From: Gekko japonicus
Taxonomy: Eukaryota
DNA length: 64,000 bases
Assembly: GCF_001447785.1 (NCBI RefSeq)
Contig: NW_015170904.1
Span: forward strand, 810,371-874,370
Direction of reading: 5' to 3'
In this document: in pieces, positions 1 to 13,381 of the stretch
Layout: each line of letters begins with the position of its first letter
How positions within the stretch are numbered: the stretch's first letter is position 1
Translations under genes and position numbers: made by a program
Notes under the pieces: model-generated
The model's input: the letters and a program-made list of their open reading frames with translations, nothing else
Told to the model about the DNA's origin: nothing
Database searches by the model: none

Positions 1-559
1 GAAATGTATGACCCTAGTTTTAAGTTTATATCTGGGAAGGGCATTATTTAGATGTTTCATGTTATTTCTTCCCATTGTTTTAGCATTGTTGTTTGTTCAT
101 TTTCTTGTGTTTTGTTCCTAAGCTATAAATAGGAAGCTGCAGAGAGGGCCTTTCCAGACTGTATAATATTGTGAAAAAGATAATATCATTGCGGTGGGGC
201 TCACTAGTTACCAGGTTCTTGTCTCTCTATTGCAAATCTGAGAAAAGTCCCAGGTTTTCAGAAAAATCTGAAATAAAAAAATTGGGGGATTAAATGCCCC
301 CAAATAATATAAATTTTAAGAAACTAGTACTGTCAATGGCCGTTGCTAGGAAACCACATAGTGTTGCCAGCCTTTCACCCTTGGTGTCTGTCAATAAAAG
401 GCAGAGGGGCAGAGCCTTTTCCAGGGATGTTTTGGCCTCTGTGGGAGAACTTACATGGCCAGGCCCACCAGCAACCACTGGGTAACTTGCTACCACCTGA
501 CTTGCATAATTCACTCAAGCCCAGCTACTTGCTACTGTTCAATAGCAGCCACCCTATGA

Positions 560-790
560 AAGTCAGTGTGTTGCAGTGGTTAGAGTTTTGGACAAGTGTC
601 TTAGGGAGCCATTTTCAAATCCCCAGTCTGTCATGTAAGTTTTTGAGTGACCTTGGGCCAGTTACACATTCCCAGCCTAACCTACCTCACAGGGTTGTTG
701 TCAGGGTCAAATGAGGATAAGAGAAAGCTATAAGTTGCTATGGGTATCCATTGTGGATAAAGGCAGAGTTTAAATGAAGCAAATAAATAA
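560..790 (+). mobile_element. tRNA-derived MIR-like SINE
   Basis: gcagtggttagag...ttcaaatcccc head, gtgaccttgggccag...cagcctaacctacctcacagggttgttgt core, aaataaataa tail. Confidence 0.7.
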
Positions 791-3187
791 CAGATGTAGC
801 TGAAAGGGGGCAGATAAAAGGTTGGTTGCTGAATCAGTGGGAAGGAGAAACGGGCATTTGTAAAGATATGGATATGGGGGTTGTCAGGAGGAGGAAAAGT
901 GGACATTGTATGGGGAGGGGGATACAGGGAAAAGTAAAGTGCCCCACACGAGTCCTTGTGAGTTCCCCACTTATATGCCCTAATTCTCCATGCTATATAG
1001 ATTGTTGCTGTACAGCTGTCACAAACCAGTGTCTGTAATATTATTGGCGCCTTACCACTTTTCCCTCCCACCAAATCCAGCACTTTAAGTCCTTTTTACA
1101 TCCTTCTAAGTCTATTGGTCAGTTGGCAGTTTTTTAAAATTTTTGTAAAGACTTTCGCACCCCCCCGATCTACATCCCTTTAAATCCCACAACAAATATA
1201 GTGAATGCCAGCTCTGGAAGGCTGCCCTACCTACTTTTCACCTTTTGTTCTTCTTCTTCTTCTTCTTTCTTTCTTTTGTCTTGTGGACTTGTCTGTACAG
1301 CACTACAATTCACTTTTCTGTGATTTCTCAGAAGAACAACATTCCAAATGGCTTTGGCAGCCATTCACACTGTGGCAATGCTACCATCCATACATTGCAT
1401 AGGGAGAGGAAATTCCACTGCAGGATTGGGGCTGGATCCCAGTACTGCCTCTTAGTTGGTGTTCAGAAGGCAGGTTTGTCAAGATGATCAAGATCTGATC
1501 TGTATCATAAATGCAAACAACTCTGTCTGGTGTATTGGGACTTGAACCTGGCAGACTTTCATTCTTACCCCACTTTTAGGTGGCACATAGCCAGTTACTT
1601 ACTTTCAGCCTCATGGCTTGAAGTTGTGGGAATAAAATTGACTTGCCTTGCAGGATTGTCATAAGGATGAATGAAATGAGGATTGTAAAGAACCTGGCAC
1701 AATACATGTGCTGTGTAAAAAAAAAAAAAAAAGAACCACTTAATCTCAATTATGCAAGTGCAAGGAAGTGATTTACCAGTTTATTGCCTTCCTCTGAAAA
1801 GCATCCATTTGGGCCCAGTTCTTGTGTTATTTATCCTGCACGTAGCTGATCTGGTCTGGCACTTACCACTTCAGACAGAGCTTTCAAAGCAGAATTTAGG
1901 ATTGAGTATAGGCGGAATTTCTGCCAGTTCCCCATTCCTGCTTCTGACCCCCGATTTGTCCTCATACCATTTCAGAGTGTCCCCCTGTCCCCCAGGGATA
2001 GCATTTTAGGGAGATCAATGAGATGCAGCAGGAGGGGAGAAGCGGGAAATTTCTCTTCCACTGGTGGGAGTGCCTTCTGTTAGCAGAAAACTTAGTCTGG
2101 ATCCAACCCTGTATCTGTTGAGCTAAGGGGAGACTATGGGTACGGTGGGCACTGCTTTGGCACTTGAAAAGGCACCGGTGGGGAAACAAGATCACCTGGT
2201 CCTGCTGCACCTTGCAGCATTTTTAAATGGCTAAACTCTTCTCTAAAATGACATTGGCAGCCACAGGTTGGACTTATAGCTCCCGTAACATCTAGTTTGG
2301 CCCTATGACTTTTGTCAGGTGACTAGCAAGAATGAAACCTTAGTTAGGGTACAAATGAAAAGCTCCACCAAGTGCTCTTTCTGTATTGGAACTAGTGAGG
2401 GTTAGTGCAAGCCCTGCATAATTAAATGCAAATTATGTCAAAGCAGTTTTTGCAAATGAAAATGGGAACATAGAAATTAATGTTGTCAAGATCTGGTTTA
2501 TCTAAAACATCAGAGCTGTAAATGGTGACACAAAAGTGTAACCATAACTCAGTTGCTATGAATGACATACAGTATGAGCAAACTGAACATCTGCCAGTTG
2601 CCCTGAACCAAAATCCTTCTTGCATTGACTCACAGTTAACCCTGTATAGGTTATTTGCCCCAGATGTATGTTCCCACAAAGGCTGACTCCTCTGCTACCT
2701 ATGAGAATGAATGTGAAGAGGCTCATAGAATGAAATAAATAGAAAATGGATCGGAGTTCTATGCAGGAGGTACCTGAAGCATTGAACAGTTTGGTTAAAA
2801 CTAGTCCCATTTCTTTAAGCCTTCTGAATGCATTAGGCAAAACCTCATATTCATATTCTAAAGGTCCTGAATTCAAGCCTCAGATCGTTTTATTTATTTA
2901 GCAAGCTTATTCTCAGCTTCTCCAGGAAAATTTTTTTCTGTGGCTTCGTTTCCCCTACCTTCTCAGCTGTGGTGTTCTGTCTATGCAGTCATCTAACCCA
3001 GATCCATCCTCCTGACACTGAATCTTTTAACTGTTTTGATTGAAGTTTGTATGCATTTCTTCCCACTCTGTATATTATCCATTTTCAGTATTGCTGTGAA
3101 TATGCTAGGGTACCATTTGATTAAGATATTTCTGCTTTCTGTTTTTATTATATCTTTTAAATTTTTATTGTATGCTTGTGTATGCAT

Positions 3188-3378
3188 GCGCTGCCAAGTT
3201 GCAACTGACTTATGGTAACCTGCCCTCACCCGGCAAGGGGCTTTTAAGGCAAGTGAAAAGCAGAGGTAGTTTGCCATTACCTGCCTCTGCATAGCAACCC
3301 TGGACTTCCTTGCGGGTCTCTCATCCAAGTACTGGCCCTGCTTCCAAGATCTGACAAGATCAGACTATACCGTGCCAT
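3188..3378 (-). mobile_element. 5S rRNA-derived SINE
   Basis: Reverse complement contains gatcttgtcagatcttggaagcagggccagtacttggatgagagacc (5S-like) and the same body as the 55099 copy. Confidence 0.7.
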
Positions 3379-6173
3379 ATAACTTTCAACAAAAACGTCC
3401 TGCTCATGGTATAAAGAAGAAGAGATTTGCTCTGTTACTACAGCTAATTCCATACGCCATACAGTCTCTTAATATGAGTGTTCTTTTGCAGAGCTATGGG
3501 TCACATTAAGGCATGAAACCCCTTAAATTTTTTGGGTAAACCTTCCTTCGGAGGGATCTTTTGCTTCCATGCCTTAGTAAGTAATAATCTAGCCGCAGAC
3601 ACTGCATGCAGTACAGCCATGCTATGGGTTTGCAGGAGTAGATGCTACGTAATTAAGGGTTTTTTCAGACTGCAGCTGCCTTTCACGTTTTCACACGTGT
3701 TGTGCCTCTTCTGATGATCATGCTATCAATGGGATCAGTTCAGACTTCACCTCAGGAGTTCCATCTGCTCTGGGTTGTGGATGGGTGTGTCTTTTTTTCT
3801 TTCTTTTTTTGCACATCCATTGAAGCATCTGAGTATTTCAGCAACCTTGTTCACTCTGATGAGATAATTTATTTGCACCATTGGCTTTAGTATTGCAGGG
3901 CAAACAAATGTTCCCCTAGTAAATTGGGGAATGGGCAGACTTCTCCAGCAGAGGTTGTATGTGCACGCGCACCTGTCTGCAGAATTAAGGAGCAAGAACT
4001 TTGTTTAAGATGGCCACCCTTCTCATGGTCTCCTGGGAGGGGACTGAAAACCAAGCTTCACCGGGGGGGGGCTCCTTCCGGAGTCCTGATGAAAGCACCT
4101 GGATTGAGAGATGTGGTTGATTAAGAGACGCAGCAAAGATTTCTCTTGTTTGGGGGATTTATTTCTAAATTTGCGATCGCAGAACATATGCTGTACCTTT
4201 AAATGTACTTCAACCATCTGTTAAAAATAGCACAACACAGAACGTGTGTGTGTATGAGTGCACGAACAGTGGATACTCCTCCAGGGGTTCAACAACACAT
4301 CTGGTTTACAACAGAGGCAGATAAACTGGGAGCTGATGTGTCAAAAACACTGCAGTAGTTCTATACAGAGAGAGGAGACCAGACCAGACTGAGAGAGAGA
4401 CCTTCGATCACTGAAACGTTTCGCTATTGAGATGCAAATTTTAAAAAAGCACCCACACCAGATATGAGATAGTTGGGATATTTACGTAGTTGTGTGAACA
4501 CTAGAAAAAAACATGTTTACATCAGGCAGTACAAGTGGATTTTTAAGGTAATGTGAAAGACCCCTAAGTCTGGAGTTTATTCTGGAGTAAATTCTACATT
4601 GTAATTAATGCCTTGTGATATCTGTGTACTAACCATTCTCCAGAATGTCTTTGCTGTGGTACACTTCCACCACATATATACAAAACTTACTTGAGAGTGA
4701 ACACAAACAACAATGAGTATGAGTTACTTTATATATTCTAGGAAGTGTATTCTGGGTATTCTGCCTATATTAAGGCTAACCGTATAGGACATGCACACAG
4801 ACAATAATACAAACCAAGCTATTTAATTAAACATTTGTCTCTCCTCCCCTAACTTTTAGGTGAATTGATTTTATTGTACTTTTTTTAGGGAACTTTGAAG
4901 ATTTTGGAGTTTTAAGATTTTGCTGTTTTTATAATAATTTTTAAAACTTCCTTTATTTTACTGTAACTTCTGATTTTGTTATTAATTTTTGAGAACCTTA
5001 TTGGGTGAGAATTAAGATATAAAAGGTTAAATAAATACATATAATGTGTTCAAAGAAGCAAGCCATATGCTACAAGTAGGCAGGAGATTCCCCCCAAAAT
5101 CTGTGGGTTTTGGTATAGAGTTTTGACGAAATCCTAGAACAATGTTGTTTCAGGCCCCCCACCCACCCATTTTCCCTCAGCCATCCTGTTGAGCAGTGGC
5201 AAGGAACCAAGGCCAGAGAGAACAACCTGGCCACCTTAGCTACAAGCATAGCAAAAATATATTCGGGTTCCACTGGGTAATCTGACCTTCTGACCATAAA
5301 AATGTAAATATGAATCTCTGTGGGAAGATATCCTTACCCTCTAACCCAAGTGAGGGGACTGCAATAGATAAACAGGGTGGGTGGGGAAATCCATTCCTTA
5401 CCCCCACATGGAGGCTGATGTTTATCCATTTTGCCCCTGATCTCCAGAACACTTCCCTCTTTTTTACTGAGAGGAGAAAAAATCTTTCCCACTTAATGTG
5501 GTATGCCACTGCACACAGTTATTGCTTCATGTCCACTAGCATTAAGAGCCCCGTGTAAAGCATATAATAATCTTACTAATACAGTTTAGCCAACCTTTTC
5601 TTAAAATCCTTTAAATCCTTCAGCCTCATAGTGTGAAGACCATCCCCAGAGTAGCAAATTCTTATAAACATTTGAGGCTGACTAAGGATGAGCTATGATG
5701 AGAAGGCCATTTTCAGTGGCATCCCTATGGCAACAATAATGTATACACTGACCCTTAAGCCGAGGCCTACTTGGCTGAAGTTTAACAGCACCGTACACTG
5801 GATCGCTGCATAATTAATTGGTGTGTGCAAAGATCAAAAACAAAGTAATGTGACTTGCACACTGAGAAGAAGGTCCAGGACTTCACACACACACCATCAT
5901 GCAGTCCCTTTTGGCTTCCCATAATTTGCATTCTCCCCTGAGGTGTGGTTTTCTTTGGTGTAGTGTAAGTAAAACTTGTGTGAGAAAAACAGAGCTGGCT
6001 GAAGTCTTAGCCACATTACAGCCAGTGATGAAACTGATGATGTGGATTTTTTATTCATTATCTTTAATGCAAACCTAGTGTAAACAGAATGAGAGTACCT
6101 TGGAACTAGTTTGTGGCACATGCATGAATGTCTGTTGCTATGACTCCTCATGTCTTGTTCCTTGACTCGACAG

Positions 6174-6340
6174 GCTTCAATGGCTGAGAACAGTATACCT
6201 CTGTACACTACTGCTTCCATGGGAAACCCCACTCTGGGCAGTTTAGCCAGTGCTATGAAGGAAGAGCTTAATGGTGCAATGGAGCATGCGAACAGTAATG
6301 GGAGTGACAGCAGTCCAGGACGTTCTCCTATGCAAGCAAT
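6174..6340 (+). CDS. FOXP1: Forkhead box P1, penultimate coding exon (167 bp, phase 0 to phase 2)
   Basis: Translates [55 protein letters not shown], matching the FOXP1 C-terminal region as I recall it. Acceptor ...ttccttgactcgacag| and donor |gtaagt. Confidence 0.97.
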
Positions 6341-9266
6341 GTAAGTAAAAAGGAATGTTGCAATTTGTTTAAATTTTGCTCTTCTGTCTCCCCTCACTCC
6401 ACCTGCAAAAGTTTAATTTTTAGTCCCAGTGCTGAACAATCATTCTGAAGCTCTATATTTCAGAAATGTTTCTGTTGATTAGAAGTAGAAGGGCCATTTA
6501 CCGGCTTTCATATTTCAAAAAGAAACCAGTAAACACCAGTCAGTTCAATTTGCTTGACCTATAAACCTAGATATAAAATGGCCAACTAGCTTGCCATTTA
6601 ATTCCAAGACCACAGCACTACACAAATGGTAGTAAGCAAGTACATTTCTTTGTCAAAGATAATCATTACATTGTTGTTTTTTTAAAAAATATTACTATTT
6701 AAAATCAAATCCTCACATACTTTGAATGATCTGTCAGTGGCTATTGGACATGACAGCTAAAACGCAGCCTGTTCATTCAAAGACACCCTAGCCTCTCTTT
6801 GAGCTGGGATCACACCACACTCAGGATGGCCCTCAAAATATTGTATTGTTTATAGGCTTCCAAAGCTATATGATTAGCCACTGTTGGAAACTGAACGCTG
6901 AGTTTGGTGGACCTAAAATAACAACACAACACTCATTTTTTATGGCAATGGCAAGAGTGACTAGACTGTGGAGTACAATGGGTTAGGTTCAGGCAGTGTT
7001 TCAGCTGGTGAAAAAGGACTGATGGGGGGACCCCTTTGACATCCCCCCCCCAAATGCTATTCTGAGGATCACAGGACCTTTATGGATAAAATTAGTATTG
7101 GATCAGGGCTGTGATCAGGAGAGAAATTGGGCAGGATTGAATGAAAAATCTGGCTGAATCCAACCCCTTATTTAGTTTAGGTGTCTTCAAGTTTAGACGC
7201 ATACTTCCAAGCTGTGCCTAGCTGTATGATCCATATAGTTTTGTTTTTACAAGAATGCTGATATTTATATGAGGCAAAATCCTGTGTTGGTTATCTACTT
7301 TCACCTGTTCAGTGGAAACTTTCAGATGTATGGAATAAGTATCATCCCATATGTGGTACAAGGAGAGTGTGGTGATGCCAGCAATTCATTGTAGTGCCTG
7401 AGGTCCAGAAATTACATATTGGTTAGCTGTCGTTTCAAAGAAAAGCAGGAGCTGACCCATTTTTATTCAAAATCCTTTGCTACATTTTGAAAGGTACTAT
7501 GAATGACTGAGGCAAGCTGTATCTTAAAGCGTGACCATGAAATTATTGGTCCTATTGCCAAAAGATCACATAGCCAATTAATAAACTGGTTGAAAGAATT
7601 AATTTGTAGCCCTTCTACTTCAAAGCAGTATGAATAAGGCATTGACAAAAGTAGGTCTAAATCAAAAGGTAGGAAAACATTAACCTAACGCCACCCTAAT
7701 AATTAGTTGTGACGGTAATTAGCATTTAATGCTTTAAAAAAAAGTTTCCCACCTGCATAATATGTTGAGCAGGGGGTAGAGGAGACAGGAAATCTGAGGC
7801 TCTTAAAACTTTGATATTTCAGCATTTTAAATCAGTGCGCATTGTGCTTTGAAAAAAAATCTTTAAAGATGGCAACATTCATTTTTAATTAATAATTAAT
7901 TCGAACATTGTCTTTTGCCATTTACTTCAAAACATTTGAATGTGTTTAGCTTTTATAGGGATTGTTTGTGCAGTATTAATTAGCATTCCCAAAGTAGAGT
8001 GACATGACACACTTTTAGCACTGTTTCAATGGATTCCACTTGAGGCAATTTTTAGTCACAAATACGTTTGTGCTTTTGCATGACAATGTTAAGGGTTTGA
8101 TAGTTCCTTATATTGGGGGAGTTTCTGGGATGTGAAATTTTTCAGGTGGAAGGCATCTGGGTTTTGTGTCGCAAAAGTACTTAAATGATGCACATAGGGA
8201 ATCCTTGAAGCTTTCTTTTTTTAAGATTATGAGAAGAATTATTGAAAACAATAAACCGATAGCCAGAGCTTTTATTATGGGGAGGCATTATTACACTAGT
8301 GTGCGTGGGAGAGGGTAGGGCTGCCAGATCCTCACTATACTAAACCCTGTTTGGACGGGGCATGATGATATCATGGGTGGGGCTTGGTGATGTCACACTG
8401 AATAATTGAATAGTAATACTTCCATACCCCAAAGGGTATGGGCCACATGGATGTGTTCGCAATTCATGTAGGTTTGAATGTATAGGCTATATAGTGGCCT
8501 AAAAAAATTAAAATAACATAGACACTAAATGTGTGCTACACGTAAAATACAGTTGTTGGTTTTTAAGTAGTCGTGCATAGAAGTCTTACACTGTAGATAC
8601 ATGGTTTCTCCTATCAGCTACCCAGGGACAAGTGATTTGTTTATTATCATACTATGAGCCCTTTGTTGATTTAATTAGCGTATCTACATCCTTCTCTCAA
8701 GAGACGTTTATTGTGGGATAGGATTCAAAATTGTGTTGGGAGAGCTTGGGCTGAGTGGATAGGGAGATAGCAAGCAGCTGGTCTGGAGAAGTGACAGACT
8801 GAGACAATAAAAATTAAAATCGGGCATACAGTAATAATATGCAGTACTAGAATGTCCACCTTAAGAGCCAAATAACCCAATAACCCATACAATAACCCAT
8901 ACACACACGCACACATAAACTGTGCAGATATTCCACTCAAGAAGGAAGACAAGAGGCCAACAGAGTGAAGTGTAAAAGGGAAGGTAGAGCTGGTCATAAC
9001 AGCCAACGTATACAAGTTTAGGTAGGGGCCTGAATGTCCAGGTAGAAAATAATCCCAAAAGATAGTTCTAGGGGGAGATACGATCTGTGTAAAGCCACGG
9101 TGGGGGGAAATTAAAGCTGCTGCACAAACATGGATGGTTTGGAGCAGGTTAAAAATATACTTCAAGAATTGGTTCTGGCTCCAATTACAGGGCCAGCGAC
9201 CACTACTAAAAATAGCCTTGAGAATTGAGGCCAGGACATGGTGAGCTAAGAGGCATACCCCTGGAT

Positions 9267-9604
9267 TAGGGTAACCAGGTCCTTACCTCTCATCAGTGGG
9301 GAACTTTAAGGGGCATTCCAGGAGGGAGTGGGGACTCCCCAATATGATGATGTCATGCATAAGTAATGTCATCACATTGGGGACATGGCGCCTGCTCACA
9401 TGAAACCATTTAAAGAAAAGCTTCCCTTTAAATGGTTTTTTTACAAGCGGGGATTGACTGCCCACCCGCGCCTAAACTCCAGGTGACAAATTAAAGGGAA
9501 GTTTTCCTTTAAATGTTTTCTTGTGAGCGGGGCCCACCCACACATGAATTCCAAGTGGCAAACTCACCACTTGGAGTTCAGGTGTGTGGCCAGCGGTAGC
9601 CCCT
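9267..9604. mobile_element. Degenerate hAT-like MITE with internal palindromes
   Basis: TAGGGTAACC start; internal inverted repeats (ccatttaaagaaaagcttccctttaaatgg). No clean TSD. Confidence 0.45.
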
Positions 9605-12600
9605 CTCCCTCCCCTCTCAAGGATTTAAAGGATTTTCCAGGATGTCATAGTCTGGGGAACTCCTACAAGATAATGACTCAGCCCTACGCCACCTTCCTGA
9701 GTAGATATAAATTACCTGCCTACCATTTTTCTTCTCACCTTGATACAGAGAGTACTCCATCCCTCTGTGTTATACCTCTGAGGATGTCAGTCACAGCTGC
9801 TGGCAAAATGTCAGGTCCAGCAATGCCAAGACCACATCCATACAGCCCAGAAAATCTGCAACAACTTATAATGTTAGCTAGATAAAATGATATGCCAGCA
9901 TTCAGTGCAAACTACTGGTGCCATAGTAGGTAGTTATTGTCTATGCACTCAGATTTCCATTTTGCACCTTTTTACAGGGATATGTTTCTTTTCCTTTGCA
10001 AAATTGACTTCCCAGCCATAAAGTAAATTGTTTTTAACCATGCTGGTATATTGGAATAGATCAAGCCTTAAACTTTATCACAAACTTGTTAACATGACAA
10101 CTAAGCAAGTATAACACTCCAGCAGAAATCTTACTGCCGTTCATTGCATTTTATGACGTACTGAAATGCCTCTGCTTCCCACTCTCCCCCCAGTCGTTTG
10201 AAACATGAGAAACTAGTTGCATAATTACAGCTGGAGGATATAACACTTTCATTTGGACATGCTTCAAAGGTAGCCACAGAGCAAATGGTTGGGTGCTGTG
10301 TGAGCCCACAGTGGCTTTAAACAAGTTAGCTTTATTAAACGCTTCTCTCTTCCTGGAGTGGACAAAAGAATTAGTCAGATGTGAAAAGAAGGAACCTGCA
10401 GTCAGTAAAGTTATTTATAGTTAACCCTTTTCGGAAGCAAAAAAAATGTCCCAGCAAAAGGGAATGGTGGGAAATTCTGAGACCAAGTAAGGATAAGAAA
10501 AGCATTTTTGAATTCTAGTACCAGCCTTTGGTGACTACTTTGTGTCTTTCTCTTCTTTTTTTCATTTCCATCTGTTAAGATGGTGTTTTTTAATACTGGA
10601 ATTCAAAGCAGCGTACATAGTATAAAAGACTCCACCTTCTGAGTCTGAAAGATTCCAAACAGTGCCATCTGAAGCACAGCTACACCCTTCACTGAAATCA
10701 GTGGGCTTAGAAGGGTCCACCTCTGCTTACAATTGTACTGTTTGAGAGTACTGCATTTTCACAGGCCTCATTAATGATCAAATAACAGCAAAGGGGACCA
10801 TGATAGTTTACAGCTTGCACATGCTAGGCAAACTGTGTACCAAAATGTGTCCTGAAATCAATATATAACAAAGAGCACTCATCATATGAAACTTCTGTAT
10901 ATTGAATTAGACCACTGGACCATTTAAGCCAGCATGGTCTACTCTTGCCGGCTTGCCTCTCCAAGTTCTTAGGAAGCACACACTTTTTCTAGCACTTTTA
11001 ATGAAGATGTCATAACCTAAACCAGGGCCTGATGTGCACAAAACATGTGCTGTACTGGTGTGTGCTGTGGTCCCTCCCTGTAAATTCTCACTGTACCTAG
11101 AACAATATACTGTGTATACATTATGGCATATATAATTATAACGTTTGTTGTGGAAGAGGATTAAAATAATAGGCGTATAGATGAAATTCAAATTGTGAAC
11201 ATTTGGTAGCTGCTGTTTATTTACAGTGGTGCTTCAGCGTCATTCAACCCATACCAGGCAAAGTAAAGGCTGCAAAGAGAAATGGGGGGAGGGGAATTCT
11301 TCTAATACTGCCTCCACATCTAGACCCCATTCAGAAGTCACTTTAATCTGATATGAGGAGGTATTAGAAACTCAGCATGATGCATGATTTGAAATCCTTG
11401 GATAGCCAGAGTCTTACCTGGTTTTTATTTTTTGATGGTTCATCTGCATGAATAAAAATCTGTTTTCTGCACTCAGATTATTTTCTGAGGCAATATACCA
11501 TGCCTTTGGCAGAGCTTGCCTTTGTAGCATATTGCCATGTCTTGGCATCTTTTGCTTTGAAAGCACCCTCACACCAGTTCTTTATCAATGGAGGAGAAGC
11601 AGTCTGTGTCTGCATACCTAGATTATTATTTGTATAGAGTTCTAGAATTATACCATTTTGCGTAGAGAGAAATGTCATAACTACTTTCATAGTCTGCGTA
11701 GTAACTGCTTTGTCTGAATTAAAGTGAAACAGATCAGATATATGAAGGCCCTTTATGACAGAAAAAAGAATATGAACTCTTGGAAACACGGTTTTCCAAG
11801 GAGTTGGAGGGGGTTTTCCAAAGAGGTTTTGATGAGATTGTAATTACTCCACGATATCATTACACAGTTCACACTTACCTTTTGCTAGTGACCGCCGGTT
11901 GTATCCTACAGATGTTTTGTGATAGAAGATGGATCTTTCTTTGCCTTTGTCCTCAACCTCCTCCTGTGACCCCTGAAAAGGTATTGCCAGGGAGACCCTT
12001 GCGGCCAGAAACAGCCAAGCACACTGGGAGCGGCTGTGAGGAGTGAAATCGGGCTTGATCACCTTTCCTCCCTCTGCTCTCAGTGGAATATCTGCAGGAT
12101 ACAACCCCATGAGTTTGTATGAACACTCCAATCAGAGGTTACTCTTTAATTCTATGTACCTTAATTGATACCTGGGTTCAAGGTTTTACCACATTAGCAA
12201 TCCAGGCAGTTTACTGGGTTGCCAGGGTACATCTGCAACCATGACAATAAAATAATTTCCCCTCCAAATCCTAATTGTTATAGCTGCTTTCATGTTTACA
12301 ATCAAAAGATTGTTCCTCCCATATGCAGATGGAAAAAAGTCCGGAGAGAAGCATCGCTGTGTGTTAATCAGTCCTGCAGGCTGACACTTACACGGCAGTT
12401 GCCAAACCAGTGCCAGATCTTCTGCATCCTTGTGTTTCTCAAAGTGCTCCTTTGTTCAGAAACAAAACATGGAAAGCAATGTGTGGTTGTTTAGAAAGTT
12501 AAAGCAATGAGCTAACGGTTGTAAGGATGGTAGCTTGCCTGGTCTGTTTAGATTAGATCCAAAGTAACTCTTGCGAAAATGGAAGGCACTTCTGCCCATG

Positions 12601-13139
12601 CAAGTTATTGCAGTCGCTCTGGATTTCCACTTTAAACTGCAGCCTTTTGAGTGGTGCAGAGGAAATAGGAAGGCAGCAAAGACCCATCCTGGAAACAAAG
12701 CTCAGCAGAAAAGCTTTTGCAGGAAGTAATAGGAAGGTGAGGCAAATGCCTTCATATTTACCGAGTAATGTACAGTTTATGAGTCTGTACTGGAGAAAAG
12801 ACTTGTAGAGGTGTTCTCGACTACTGGTAGAAGGTGGTGGTGCGTTCAGGATATCATGAGATAGCCGTCACCAGTGAATGCTAGCTTGAAAATTTGGAGC
12901 ACAAATATTTAGTTATTAATGCCCTTGTGTGGCTTGCTTGTGTTTCGCACATATATCAGCTTAGTTTTCTCTTGTAGTGTGATTGCTGGTTACACCACTG
13001 CTGGTTGGCTTTGCCCCCCCTATAAATCGTGATGCTAATCATTGTAACAGCAGCAATTGATTCTTGGCTTCTTGCAGCTTCCTTGTGGTCCACAGGAGAA
13101 GTAGCATTTACTCTAAATTTATAACCACTAAGGTGAAAG

Positions 13140-13381
13140 NNNNNNNNNNNNNNNNNNNNNNNNNNNNNNNNNNNNNNNNNNNNNNNNNNNNNNNNNNNNN
13201 NNNNNNNNNNNNNNNNNNNNNNNNNNNNNNNNNNNNNNNNNNNNNNNNNNNNNNNNNNNNNNNNNNNNNNNNNNNNNNNNNNNNNNNNNNNNNNNNNNNN
13301 NNNNNNNNNNNNNNNNNNNNNNNNNNNNNNNNNNNNNNNNNNNNNNNNNNNNNNNNNNNNNNNNNNNNNNNNNNNNNNNNN
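13140..13381. other. N gap (others at 13881-14082, 22030-22185, 33266-33308, 52025-52252)
   Basis: Runs of n. Confidence 0.99.

Noticed and set aside
1-6173. Upstream FOXP1 exons (forkhead domain and the NPSLIKN... exon)
   Set aside because: No matching coding sequence seen; they presumably lie upstream of the window.
6150-6344. 64-aa ORF as a standalone gene
   Set aside because: It is a FOXP1 internal exon; its first codons lie in the intron's polypyrimidine tract and its stop is in the splice donor.
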